Source: Rhodosorus marinus CCMP1338 (taxonomy: Eukaryota > Plantae > Rhodophyta). Taken from it: DNA of 64,000 bases. Positions 51,701 to 63,687 of this stretch are shown piece after piece. Positions within the stretch are counted from its first letter, which is position 1; every line of letters begins with the position of its first letter. The stretch is from positions 2,232,001 to 2,296,000 of the forward strand of contig JAMWBK010000004.1 in assembly GCA_029953675.1 (NCBI GenBank). Reading direction: 5' to 3'. The notes beneath the pieces are model-generated. The model worked only from the letters and a program-made list of their open reading frames with translations. It ran no database searches and was not told where the DNA came from. The position numbers and the translations under genes are program-made.

Positions 51701-52744
51701 ATGGCGGCGTTCGTTGGGTTGGGAATGGCCGGAGTGGTGCGTTCCGGGAGGCGAGTGTGTGTCTGCAGTGCTGAAACGGAACCTGATTCTGGGCCTGGAT
51801 GGATTAGAAGAGCGAATCCTTATTCAGGGAAGCCGGTGTATGCTGAGACTGTGGAGTGGTCTGTCCCTGAGATGGAAGAAACTCCGAGGAATACACTGGA
51901 GCGGATCGTGTGGTGGAAAAGCGATGAGGTGGATATAAAAAGGGAATCTTTGCCTTTTTTGGCGCTGAGAAACAGAGTTATGGGTTTGGAGAAGGACCAA
52001 GGAAAGGCCAATGGCTCGCTAGTTCTCGAGAAACTGAAAAGGAAGCCAGAAAGCAAGATTAACAGAGTGGCCGAGATCAGGTACAAATGGCCTGACGAGG
52101 AAGCCCCTTCGCCCGAGGTTGATTCAATGCGGATTGCGGCTTCCGCAGAGTCCAATGGCGATGTAGCTGTTGCCATTCAGACAGACAGCAAATACTTCGC
52201 AGGCGAACTGCAGCACATGAATCGAGTGCGTGCTGCTTCCGAACTTCCGATTATTTGCACCGAGGTCATTAATCAGCAATATCAGGTAGGCAAGCATATA
52301 AGGCGCGGCGCTGTTTCGCGCCACCGCAAACTGGATCGAGGTTCAAACCCTGATGGAATTTGACCCTTTCGTATTAAATTCTAGTTTTACGAGTTGAGGT
52401 ACCACCGAGCTGACGCTGCCGTGGTGCTGGCCGCCGTTTACGCGAAGGAAGATATGGATTACAATCTTAAGATCGCGAAAGTATTAGGAATGGCGCTGTT
52501 CATAGAAGTCCATTCGGTTGAAGAACTCGATTACGCATTGTCCTTCAAGGGTCTGAAGGCCATCCTAGCAGGGCCGCGAGATCTGAACTCTATGCGCTCG
52601 TCCTTTGCTGACTCCCAAAAGCTGGTGAGCGAGAGAATCGACGAGCTGCGGTCCCGAAATATTCTTGTTCTAGCTGAAGGACAGGAAGATGAGATCCAAG
52701 CGGATTCTGGCCTCATCGATGCCGTGATCGTGTACAGAGATTGA
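51701..52744 (+). CDS. Plastid-targeted indole-3-glycerol-phosphate synthase-like protein, catalytically divergent, two exons
   Basis: MAAFV transit peptide, PRNTLERIVWWK, TDSKYFAG, ADAAVVLAA, LGMALFIEVH and RDL match the cyanobacterial/plant IGPS layout. Confidence 0.88.
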
Positions 52745-54186
52745 GTAATGAAAAGACGAGACTCACACATAAAAGCACAGGATAAGAAGGATCGTTTACC
52801 ATTCTATAGCCAGTACTTGGAACTACTGCAGCTGGACGGCCTTTGAGATAGCTTCTTCTTTAGCTTCCCGGCATTGGTCAACACGTGCTGATATCCCTCT
52901 ACCTTTCGCTTGCTTCTCGAAGGCAGCGAAGGAAGCGGCTTTGGTCAGTCCATTGAACGATGTCCACTTGCTCGTCATTAAGAAAAACGCGGAATGTTTC
53001 AGGTAAGCGCACCTCCTCATCAATGGATGGTTCATCGGAAGATATCTTACATGGTAAGTGCATGCCCTTGAGACTGGCGTCAAAAGACCGAATCAAGATG
53101 ATTCATTCGCGGCTGGGGCATGGCACACGACCCTTGGCAAAAACTTTCACTGTGGGCTAGGGATCTTCATGTGTCTCCACGGCATGCAACCTCTCAAGCA
53201 GATAAGCCAAAGCTCTTACAAACTAAACAAAGCACTGCCCACAGCAATACGGATTACACGATTCGCATTGGATTGCGAGAGAACATCTCAGAGCGTTCTT
53301 CGCTGTGTCATATTCAGCACAAGTCGACGGGGAAACATACAAGCTGGCAAGCTCATCCAGTCGTACCGCAGATCAGTCTTCTAGTCCAACCTCCGCTTGC
53401 TTGCTTTCCAACGAGGAGGAAGCCTTGGAAGAAGCATAGGATCTGTCCGCTCCGTTGCTGCGGAAAACTGTCTCTTTGTCCTTCGCAACTGCTCAAGCCA
53501 AGTCGCAGCATTTACTCGTAGTAGTCAGCAACCTTGACTTGCTTTCTGGAAAGCCTCCAGCACCGTTTTCTGCGGTGCATAGGACTTCTTGTCCTAGGCA
53601 AACTGCCTGACAGTACACTGCAAGAGGACAAGCTCGCGGCTTGGTCTCTAGCTATGGCCTGAGTATAGATCGTCAAACTTCTACGGCTTTCGCAGACAAC
53701 AGACGCAAAGGGTTCAATCAAAGGAGCTGCTATCTGTTATTGAAGTTCTTTAAGCACCCACCTAAAGAGCTTGGTCGTTCACCAGTCGATCAGCTAGACG
53801 TGCTGGGAAGGATGCTTTGGGGTCGTGGAGAAGACGCTTCAGCTAAGCTTGTTGTGTGTCGGACAGGCTCTTAAGGAAATTAGATCTCATCAGGTCGTGT
53901 AGAATTCGGGGGAGTACGTCTTCCTCCAAGGGTGACGACTCTTTTTAAGCTTTGAAGATCAGGGTGACCGGATTTGGCTGGGGACTGTCAGATATGCGTA
54001 TGAGTTTGCGCTGAAATTTAGTCTGGAAAGACTTCGAATCGAGGTCTTGTGTATTCTGAGCGAGATTGCTGGAGCCGAATCGGCTGTATTTATGAGACGC
54101 TTTCAGGGTACCTGGTAAAAAGACCGCCAGGAATGGGGAGAGTGCTCTTGTAAGCAGCGTGGTCGGTAGGAGTAGTGTTCTGGCAA

Positions 54187-55109
54187 ATGAAGGAAGCTGT
54201 CAAAGATCATCTGCTTTTCCTTTGTCTCCTGGTCCTGGCCGGCGCCGTCGCAGCAAGGGAGGGTTCTGATTGTACAATTGGAGGAAAATGTTTCGAGATA
54301 AAACGCGGATGTAGGTTGTTTTCCACCCCCTTTTCCTTTCGACGCTCTTGGTCTGTGTTTTGTTGCTTAGAGGCCGTGCCTTGTCTCTCCCGTTCGTGGC
54401 TGTGGCTCTGCTCTTGATTAGTCGTGAATATCGTGGAAGGGCCTGAATGTCGAAAGTTCTTCGTTACGGGTTCGTGTAGCCGGCTATGCTTGCAGAGTCT
54501 AGAAGCAGTAACGTCGCGCCCGTCGTGGAGCAAATGTGCGCTGCGCTGTAACTGGGGATCGACGGTTACAGAAGGAGCTGTTTCGTGGTTGGAACTTTGC
54601 CGGCGGCATGCAGCGAGGGACACGACTGCCGATCCGCTCACAAAGCGCGCAGTGAAGGAGGAAGGAATAGTAAGTGCCCTGCGAACCGATGTAGATTAAC
54701 ATGACTCTTGCTCCATGTTTCCCGTCTTGCTGAGTGCAGCTCATCTGCAATACAGAAGGTTGAGGAGGTGCGTCATAAGCCAGTCACATCGAAGGAATTC
54801 AGGCAAGCCGTGAAGACGCTTTGGTTGAAGGATAGGAGATTTGCTGTACCCGTCCTTGCTGGTTTCTGTGCTATGCTTGTGGCTGTCCTTGTTCTGCGCG
54901 TTGTCCGGGTAGGAGAGCAGCAGCACACCGTGTACGAATCTATTCGAGCTTGGTTTAGGAACAGGCGCTTGGACCAGCGAATTCGTACAAGACGAAAGCA
55001 GGGCCGGGATAAGGTGCTCGATCCTGGGCCCGACTTCAGAATACATGGAGCTACTGGAAGAGCGCGACGTCACTTGATGAAGGCTATTTCCCCTCAGCAT
55101 GCAGAATAG
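54187..55109 (+). CDS. Putative type I membrane protein with signal peptide and Cys-rich ectodomain, three exons
   Basis: Signal-like LLFLCLLVLAGAVAA, multiple Cys (CRKFFVTGSCSRLC...CALRCNW...LC), a single TM (FAVPVLAGFCAMLVAVLVL) and a basic tail. Plausible GT-AG introns join the three ORFs. Confidence 0.6.
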
Positions 55110-56021
55110 CCGCCTCTATAAATGGACTAAGGCAAGTCCTGCGCTTCGTCAACTGCGCCGCGAGGGAAACAGCAAGGTAGTCCTACTGTTTTTTGTACTG
55201 TTTAACTTGTTTTGGAAAAAAACGTCTTTTGTACTGCACATATCACACCACCAAAGAGACGGCGCTGTTTCAAGGCTGCGTAATAAACTAAATAACTTGG
55301 CTAACCGCGGCATCAAGAAGCTCACGAGCTTTCGTGTCCTTACTCAAAATGAACCAACAGCGCAGACGGTTTTCAAGCGATCTCGTCCTCATAAAGGGTG
55401 ACACTAAGATACGAGAAAACCCTGCAGGTAAGCTCAGTCTTCATCCAACAATGGAAACGACACAAGATCAAGTGCTAGCGCACTTTCCCTCCAACCTCGG
55501 CTGACAACGCTCTTCACCCAGGAAATCCCCGGTCCCACTTGGTCTGTACCTTACCGTCTCATAACGAATCTAAACTGATCTAAAAAATCTAGATACACCG
55601 TATAATATCAAAAATGCGGAACAAAATGAGTCTTGAGGAGGAACCGTACTTGAAATAGAACTATATTTCTATATTTGGATCCAATCCGTTAATATCAAGA
55701 TAGTGTTTATTACGTTTATTCATGAATTAAAAGATTGAATTGATGTAATATTAGAAGGTATTTCTGGAAGTTCTTAATTAGAATGAGATATGTCTAGATG
55801 ATTCCTTTAGTGGAATATTATTTTGATAAGGATATATTAAGAAATTTTAGGGAGAATATTTTCTAATTTTGGAGGTCGTGACATTTTGGTTGTAGTTGTA
55901 AGTTGGGACAGACTACGGAAAGGTCTCCCGGAGAAGAGCGATCTTGTGTGATGGGTAGCTGGGTAGCTGGGGAGGCTTTGGGGAGGCTTCGACGGCGTTG
56001 AAATAGCTGCTTTAGTTCTTT

Positions 56022-57063
56022 ATGATGATGAGAAGGACGCATAGGACATGGATATATATATTCCTGTATACGATTCTAGTTGTGACTCGTTTTGTTCGTG
56101 GGATTAGGAAGGGAGCGGCGGATGCCATCTCACTTGCATCGACGGAGGTGCTGAACCTGGGGGCGATTAGCTTTTGTATCGTCGCGGATTTTTCATCTTC
56201 TGGAGTGAACAGGGAGAAGAATACTTATGGGAATAGGCGCCTTCACGTACTGGCAGCGCTTGTGTTGTGTGTTGTAATTATCGTGAACTTGGGGCTGAAT
56301 CTACTGGAGGTTTTGGATGATCTCTCCTGGCTACCAGACAAGGAGTCCCTCTGGGATAAAAAGGAGATAAACATGATACAGGCTGCTGCAGGATTTGTTG
56401 GGATGGTCCTGTTCAGAAACTCCAGAGGAGTCATAGTGAACCGTGCTGTCGACATCAATCGTCGAGGCATCTACATCCACGCGTTGTCCACCTTTGTCGA
56501 GGCTTTCTCAACGCTGCTAATTTCTTTTTTTACTCCGAATCAACATCGCATGTCGCTGCTGCTGAACGTCTTCGGCGCCTTAGCAACTAGCATCGTAAGT
56601 TCAATCATTGTCTTCTACAATCCTTGAATTGAACTAACGTTCCACAGCGCGTCTGAACGTGTTCTTGTTCACCTTTTTCTAGGTGGTTATCCTTATTGAG
56701 CTTCCCTTGATGCGATTCATTCTTCAGATTCTGTTGCATGCGACTACAAGTGAACAATCCATATCCCTGAGGAAACGACTTGTACAGCTTTCCAACATTC
56801 CAGGACTCCGTGACTGTGAGGACGTGCATTTCTGGACCGAGACAGAGGTAAAGCAGTCGGATACACTGTATGAGCCAGGGACCGTCACTCGCACTAAGCT
56901 TTAGAAATGTTTCGCATATTTGTGTTAGGGAATCCATATCTGTACGATGAAAATCATCGTCGCAAGGGACGCTGACGCTCAGTCGATCCTGGCCTCCGCC
57001 TTTGAAATTTTTGATGACCTACTTGATGACCTAACTATCGAAGTTGACCTCGAGCGGGACTAG
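56022..57063 (+). CDS. Cation diffusion facilitator (ZnT/MTP-like) transporter, three exons
   Basis: About six TM segments, then QILLHAT...LSNIPGL...VHFWT and a last exon CTMKIIV...DADAQSIL...DLTIEV typical of the CDF cytosolic domain. Confidence 0.75.
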
Positions 57064-57262
57064 TTCGTAAACAAAGTATTGTATTCACATTGAAAAACAA
57101 ATCAACTGCAAAAATACTCATATCAATAATGATCGTGCACATATAACAAATAGATACATTAACAATAAAGAACAACTCCTAGTGCTCAGAAAACCTAGCT
57201 CCGGTCTCATGGCTCGGTCAGCGGTTTAGAGCACAACTGCCTACGTCCACAAGGGATACTTC

Positions 57263-57877
57263 CTAATCCTGGTTTTTGCTCGACATCCCGACGGATACCT
57301 CAGTGCGCCTTGGTACCTTGGTATCGTTCGAAACAGTGCCGTTTGAAGCGCACTTTCTCTCAAGAGCCTTCACGTACTTCTTGTCCATAATGAGCAAGTC
57401 CTTGTACTCGTACCTCTCCTTTAAACATTTATGCAACTCCTCGCTGTACTCCCGGCCAAACAATATCAGCTGCCTCATAAAGCCGTCATTGGGAGCGATC
57501 TTGCTTCGGCACCTCTTCACATGCTCAAACGACGCTTTTGTTGACAAATTCAAGGCGCTCATGATGTAGGCAATAATCACAGTTGCGGAGCGCGAAACAC
57601 CCGCCTTGCAGTGGACGAAGATTCCTTCATTCTTCGTTCTCGCGCTGTGAATAAAATCCACAACCTTCGGGAAATGAACCGCAATATCATAATCGGGAGA
57701 ATCCACCATGTCAAGATGGAGCGTGGTGAGAGGCAGGCAATCGGGGACGGAACTATCGCATAGCGAAAGCACATGGGTCACATTATTCTCCGCAAAAAAG
57801 CTGTAGCTCTCCATGACAATAATCTCCTCCCCACCAACGAACAAGTTGGGCAACACCTTTGAAATTCCTACGCCCAT
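57263..57877 (-). CDS. Atypical dual-specificity phosphatase (DUSP15/22-like)
   Basis: FVHCKAGVSRSAT active site, general-acid D in MVDSPD, PNDGFMRQL and MGVGISK myristoylation-type N-terminus. Confidence 0.93.
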   Translation of the reverse strand: MGVGISKVLPNLFVGGEEIIVMESYSFFAENNVTHVLSLCDSSVPDCLPLTTLHLDMVDSPDYDIAVHFPKVVDFIHSARTKNEGIFVHCKAGVSRSATVIIAYIMSALNLSTKASFEHVKRCRSKIAPNDGFMRQLILFGREYSEELHKCLKERYEYKDLLIMDKKYVKALERKCASNGTVSNDTKVPRRTEVSVGMSSKNQD

Positions 57878-59834
57878 CCTTTCTTATCTAGCAATCACGA
57901 AACCTCTTAACCCAACTTCCTTGTCGCGTTCCTACTCCGTGCCCAAATTCTCTTCCATTCGCAAAGGCCGAGGTCACTCCGACCCAAACCCACTTTCCCC
58001 CACAATTTGCTTGAAAACCAACCTGTTCTAGTCTCTCAGGAAAGGTCTGTGCCTTGGTTCATCCTCACAGGCACGAACTGTCGTTCTCCTCCCCAGCCCA
58101 ACCCTCACGCCTTGTCCTAACACAAATTTCTGCGCCCTACTTAAGCACCCGCACGCTGACAACCACAGGGGGGCCGCCTTCCCAACAACATTTCCTTTCA
58201 CCAACCAATTTTATTACAAAAAACTTATTCTTTCAGTCACGGCAAAGCAAAAGCGGAACAATAGCAAAAGCTCAGTAACGGGGGGGGTGTGAGCGGGTGA
58301 GGGGGTAGTTTGTATACAGGCGCAATCAAAGTATTTGAAAAGACGAATAAATTAGTCGCATATCATCAGCTCCACACCAGCAGTGAACTAAAACAACATT
58401 ATGCTTGGCCTATTTGTCACTTGGGGGGTTTCGAAAGCTTACTTTCAAGCTCACCAAAGGTTTTCACTTTTGAGGGGTTAGATTTTTTTTTGTCTTTTTC
58501 ATAAACGAGGAACTTTCTTGATTTATCGTTTACAATCATTTTGCTGCTTTATTCCTTTTGCTTTTATAGGGGTAAGAAAGAGTGGTGTAGAAAAGAGCTT
58601 CACTACTTCCAGCCCACCCCTGGCACCCCCCGCCCTGCCAACCCCCTCGAAAAGTTTTGGTACACTCTTGTTGTTGTTTTTTTCATTCTTTTTCCATGGA
58701 CAATATTTGATTAGTACGTTTGTGGATTTTTTGTCTGAGGAGGACACCTATCGTAATTTTTCTCTAGTTTGGAAGATGGTCGCTCTGTGTGTAAGGCTTC
58801 TCCGTTGTTTTTCTTCAAATATTTATGGAACACTTTCTCTGTTGCTGTGGTTTCCATACGGAAATGGTGTGGTAAGAGTAATAAGAAAATTTCAAATTAT
58901 TTGGTCATAAAATCTGTACTTTTTCGGAAAGGTCGAAAAATGAGCCAACTAGGGAAAGCTTTCGAAGTACTTGGAGGAATTTAAGTGGTGAGTGCTTTCA
59001 AAGAATTGAGGTTATTCGGAATTCCATGTCGCGTTAAGATTTTGCAAAGCCCCTCCTTTTTTTTTCTGGTCGGGTATGTCGCCAACATAGAAGGGGGATA
59101 TGGACAGAACCGAATACCGTTTGTGCTAAAGTATTTCGCTTTTTTTGGTACGACTGATGTTCGCCATAGGGGAAGAGCGCAAGCCCAAATTATTTTGATC
59201 CATTCTATTTGGGGGGGAAGTTCTTTAGAGATTGCTCTGGTTGCCATTGTATTGATTAGTTAAAACTTTATCGAGGGTGAATACACTCAGGGTGCGGGCT
59301 CCTCATTGAAAGTCAGCGTATGGATGTTCTGGAAAAAAATCTGGGGCGTGGTGATCGCGGAAATGATCAAAGAATTCAGGAGACATCACATTCCCCAGAT
59401 AGATTTTTTCTTGACGTCGTCCTGGATTCAGAAGCAATCCTGGCAAGCAGGAGTACTCTGGGAATAGGGGTGATTGATGGCATACATTACCTAAAGCGGC
59501 AATAAAATATGCAAAATACTTTTCACTTCTTAGAGGCTGATGAACCAAGGGGTACAAAAAGAGTCACCTTTTTTAAAAATCGAGTATCTTCCTGAAATAT
59601 CTGCCATTTGACGGTTCACTGGATAGTGTGAACGTGATTAGGCTGATTGTATTTGACTGATTGAATTGCTATATGCATGTGATGTGCTTCCTATCAAAAT
59701 CCACGAAACCCTTTCAAAAAGCGATGGCAGTTGCATTTGCGGAGAAGGCCGAAGGTCAAGAATTTTTGCGATCTGCTTGATGTTACCAACCCCGGTAAAT
59801 TTTGGGGAAATCGCGGTTTTGAAGACGTTCTGCG

Positions 59835-60150
59835 CCCCTCTGCCATATGAAAAAATATCTTGTCGCCAAGGGGAGACATCCAAAAGTGCCGTAGAGAAGT
59901 CCATTTGGGTGGGTGCGGGGTAGAAGAAAGCCGTTGCATATGTTGTGATTGAGGAACGAACCAACACCGTGGATTAAATGCTAGGACCCCCCATGTAACC
60001 CCTGTGCCATGTGAAAAAACATCTTCTCGACATCACGATGGATGCGAGATGGAGTAGATGAGTGAGTCCATTTGGGTGGCGTTTGTGAATGTCAATTGCT
60101 GCTCAGATTCAGGAACGAGCCAATATCACGGATGGTGGAATTGTCTTCCC
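59835..60150. repeat. Diverged tandem duplication, about 160-167 bp period
   Basis: cccct.tgccat.tgaaaaaa.atctt.tcg at 59835 and 59999; agtccatttgggtgg at 59898 and 60065; aggaacga.ccaa at 59952 and 60111. Confidence 0.75.
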
Positions 60151-60264
60151 GCGTTTAATGATCGTGTCTTATTCTCAAAGCGGATGATTCTTTGACCACG
60201 TTCGTTTTTTTCATCTTCAATGTGCTCGCATTATCTAAGAGCGGGTTAGTTTTTGACTCGGGGT

Positions 60265-60475
60265 ATGTGTACCCTCTGCTTGTCCATCGAGGATAGCGCC
60301 CTCCCCTTACCGAGGCCCTCCCATGACGGGCAACTTGCATGAGGTCGACTAGAAACCATGTTTTGAAAAGAGAAGGACGTGCGCCTCGCTGTCCAATGTG
60401 TCCAACTCTGTTTCGCGCAAATGGGACATTTTTCTATTCGGATGTCAATGTTGATACTATTATTGGGTCTCTACT
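60265..60475 (+). pseudogene. Possible decayed RING-finger coding remnant
   Basis: CTLC, then after one frameshift ALP*RATC...RCPMC...NVDTIIGSL. Cys spacing is RING-like, but the His and other ligands are missing. Confidence 0.3.
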
Positions 60476-62036
60476 GCGGGCTGGAGAAGGTACCACCTAC
60501 ATACACGATGACAACTGGTGCCAGGCAGTTGACCGATTGCTCAGCTGGGCACTCGATCTGGTGCTTCGCCACAGAGTTCGGACTGAAACGTCCTGAAGCG
60601 AGGCTAGTCATCTGGACAGGTAATGCCTTCCGAAAACCTAGAGTGGGACTTTCTGCCCTCTGGAGTTTCCCAGGCCAACCCGTTTGCAACCTAGCATACT
60701 CCGGAATCTCGTTGGCAAGAGAGGTGCAGTGAGGCCCCGCTGCCTAGACCTCCCATCCCCTGAAGCGATCTTGCCTAATTGCTTTCCGGAGAGCCAATCA
60801 ACTACACAGACCCCAGACTTCCACTACCAACGAAGTCTAGAGATCAGCGTCACATTCCGTTGCGTTGCAGTCTGCTGGGAGTCTTCCCCACCAAACGAGC
60901 CACCAGGCTTTCTCGCCGAATGACCAAAAGAAGTGTCGAGAAACACACAATTTCCCATCTTTTGACCCATTCCTGGACACCGCAATTCGGACGTGTGTGT
61001 GGTCTCACACATCCGCTTCTCACATCCATGCGATGCTACAAATACCTCAATTCACAACGGAAAATATCTTTTTCCAGGTCCATTTCTAGATCCAACTACA
61101 TACAGATTTTTTTCCAATACCAGCCAATAAACACTTACGAAACCGAAAATCAGATTATCCTTGTTCTTATTGGACTAAAGTTGATATACACAAACATTAT
61201 TTCATTAATTACAGGCTTGACCCAGGATTAGGGCCATCGAAACTATTCGTTTCCTTATTTGCTCGTGATATTCACAAAATACAAGATAATCACATTACCC
61301 AGCACTATCCCCCCTTACCGTTTCACATACTGTGATATAGAGTCGCAATAAAAAGTAACAATTGAAATTTTGGCATACATAGTTACATACTTTTAAGGCC
61401 TTATTCTACTTCTTAAATAATCATCTAATCAATTACGTTTCTAGAGACAGTCTGTTGCAGATTCATACCAATTATCCGTCGGCAAGAATTAGGCAGTAGA
61501 TAATTGGTCAAATAAAATTTATTTTTGTTAAATTTTGGCGAATTAATGAACACTGTCCTTCTGCTTGCTAAAAAGTTGGAGGGGGGGGATTTTTGAGCTC
61601 TACTTCCGATATCTGTCCTCGTAGGCCAGATACATAGATTTTCTGAATAATTTTGTACTATTTTGTTTTTGTGTTTTCTTCGTTTAACGCGAAAGGTGGG
61701 TGCCAGAGTTATCCATCGAAAAAGGACGTGTGATGTCTTTTTTGGTGGTGAGAAGGCTGGTCCCTCAATTGGACAATATCTGGGGTTTTGAACGATTTAC
61801 CCACTTTTGCGAAGAGTGGTGGCGGAGGTGATCATATGGGGGATTGGGAATGGGAGACGTGCAAATAGTGGGAGGGAGGAGTTGTGTGAGAGTTCATGTG
61901 AAAGACTATTTTATCTAATCGTCTGTGTTTTTGTAGAAGGATTTGCCGCGTTAGGGTTTAGGCGGGGAGTGAGTTTGTCTGTCTGGGAGGCTGTTGTTTT
62001 GGAGTGGAAGCGGGGTTGGTGAGGAGGGGGATCAAT

Positions 62037-63008
62037 ATGAGCGCTTTTTTGAATACTTTGGATTTGACTTCCTTGGGGAAGTCAAGTAAGACTGCGGTCT
62101 CGTTTAGGAGGCCGGCTGTCGTGAAGCGGCAGGTTATGGTGGGACAGAATGGCAGGGTATGAACAGCATGAAAACGCGTCTCATCACACTGAGGAAAAGC
62201 GTATTTGGTTCTGAGCGGGTTGTCCCTTTTTCTTAATCCAGGCTCTGAAGGTGGACATACAACGGCCGGCGGCGAACAAGAGGAAGATTTCGTCCTCTAT
62301 TATTATCCAGGAACCCACTTCAGTCGTTTGGAAGGTTTTGACGGACTACAATAGACTTGCGGAGTTCATTCCGAACCTTGCCATTTCCAGAAGAAGGTTC
62401 CACCCGAATGGGGGTATTCGAATAGAGCAGTGCGGAGTACAATCCATATTAGGTAAGAACCACTCTAAGGGTTCAAGACTTGCAATCGGTTCGCATGATG
62501 CGGAAAGGAGCGGAGCTCTAACTTGCGTAACTGGGTGCTTTTGGTCAGGTTTTGAATTTAAAGCGAGCGTGGTACTTGACATGGTGGAGGTGAACAAGAA
62601 TAAGATGGACAGAGAGATTCGGTTTGAAATGCACGACAGCAGGGACTTCAAGGAATTCAGTGGAAAGTGGTCTCTGAAGAACGTTAACAACGGCAATGAT
62701 ACTCAGCTGAGGTAAGCTGCTAGGCGCTCTGGACTAGGCTCGTAGGCTCCAATCTCCAAAGTCGTTGCGGCGTTGTCAAAGTCTGAGTGTAACGAGTTTC
62801 ATTGCCCTTTTGCAGTTATGAGGTCTGTATCGTACCGAAGGGTTTGGTGCCGGTAAACCTCGTTGAGTGGAGAATCAAGGAAGACGTGCCAGTGAATTTG
62901 CGAAGTGTCAAGAGCAAGAGCGAGACGATGACAGATGAGGACATGCGCGCTTACAAGCCAGCTCTTAGTCCCGGAAAGGAGCTCCGCAAAGGAGAAGCGG
63001 CGTGCTGA
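62037..63008 (+). CDS. Plastid-targeted polyketide cyclase/dehydrase (START/Coq10-like) domain protein, four exons
   Basis: MSAF transit peptide, VWKVLTDYNRLAEFIPNL, IEQCGVQ, DFKEFSGKWSL and VEWRIKEDVPVNL. Confidence 0.85.
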
Positions 63009-63687
63009 GGGAACTCAGCCAGAGTTGTAGTGTTTAACTGATACGAGGGAGAATGGAATCGTAGCATTTTGCGACCCGAACTTGGAGTAGATAGTGCTCG
63101 TCACAGATACCCTGAAAGCGCTAATTGGCTCCGTTTTAGTGTTGACCTCCTCGTGCGGGTGTAGTTAATTCACTTTTTGTGCGCAGACGGCTAAGATATG
63201 GCCACGATTTATGATGCGGAGTTCATTTTGCCATGTATATTCAGAGGCTCTTTCTTGCAGCCGCAAGGGGAACCCTACTACGGCAGTGAAGGCTGGAAAG
63301 CCTTCGATGAAACTGAATAGGAACAGAGGATAATTAAAAGGGAAAATAGTTTATCAAGAAAGTTTTCACTAGCTAAAGCCGTACAAAGCCAGTTCTCTGC
63401 GGTAGCTTCTCTTCCGCGCAGGCAAATGTCTGTTGGCCCTGGTTCTGTCCGACCGGTAAAGAGGCATTGCAACTGTTCACCTCTCCACCAGGAAAGTCCT
63501 ACTCTGTTTTGCTGTTAAGGTGATGGAGTTGCCCACACCCGTCTGCGCCTCGACAAAGTGGTGCACACGCTGTTGAAAAGAACAAAATGTCAGCCAACCA
63601 AAGGCTGTATCGTTACCCAAAAACAGGAGCGGTCGCAGGAGTCGCTCAGGGGCTGAGCGGAATGCGAGCAGCTCAGCGCTCTACTCA

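Noticed and set aside
52790-53880. Long semi-open frames between the IGPS-like and Cys-rich genes
   Set aside because: Stops in all frames and no recognisable domain. It may be a decayed gene but this is unsupported.
25080-60150. CRISPR-like reading of the periodic repeats
   Set aside because: Units are long, diverged along their whole length and lack identical repeats with unique spacers. There are no cas genes and the context is eukaryotic.
61950-61963. TTAGGGTTTAGG telomere-like or telo-box motif
   Set aside because: Fewer than two full units in a G/T-skewed tract, which is compatible with chance.
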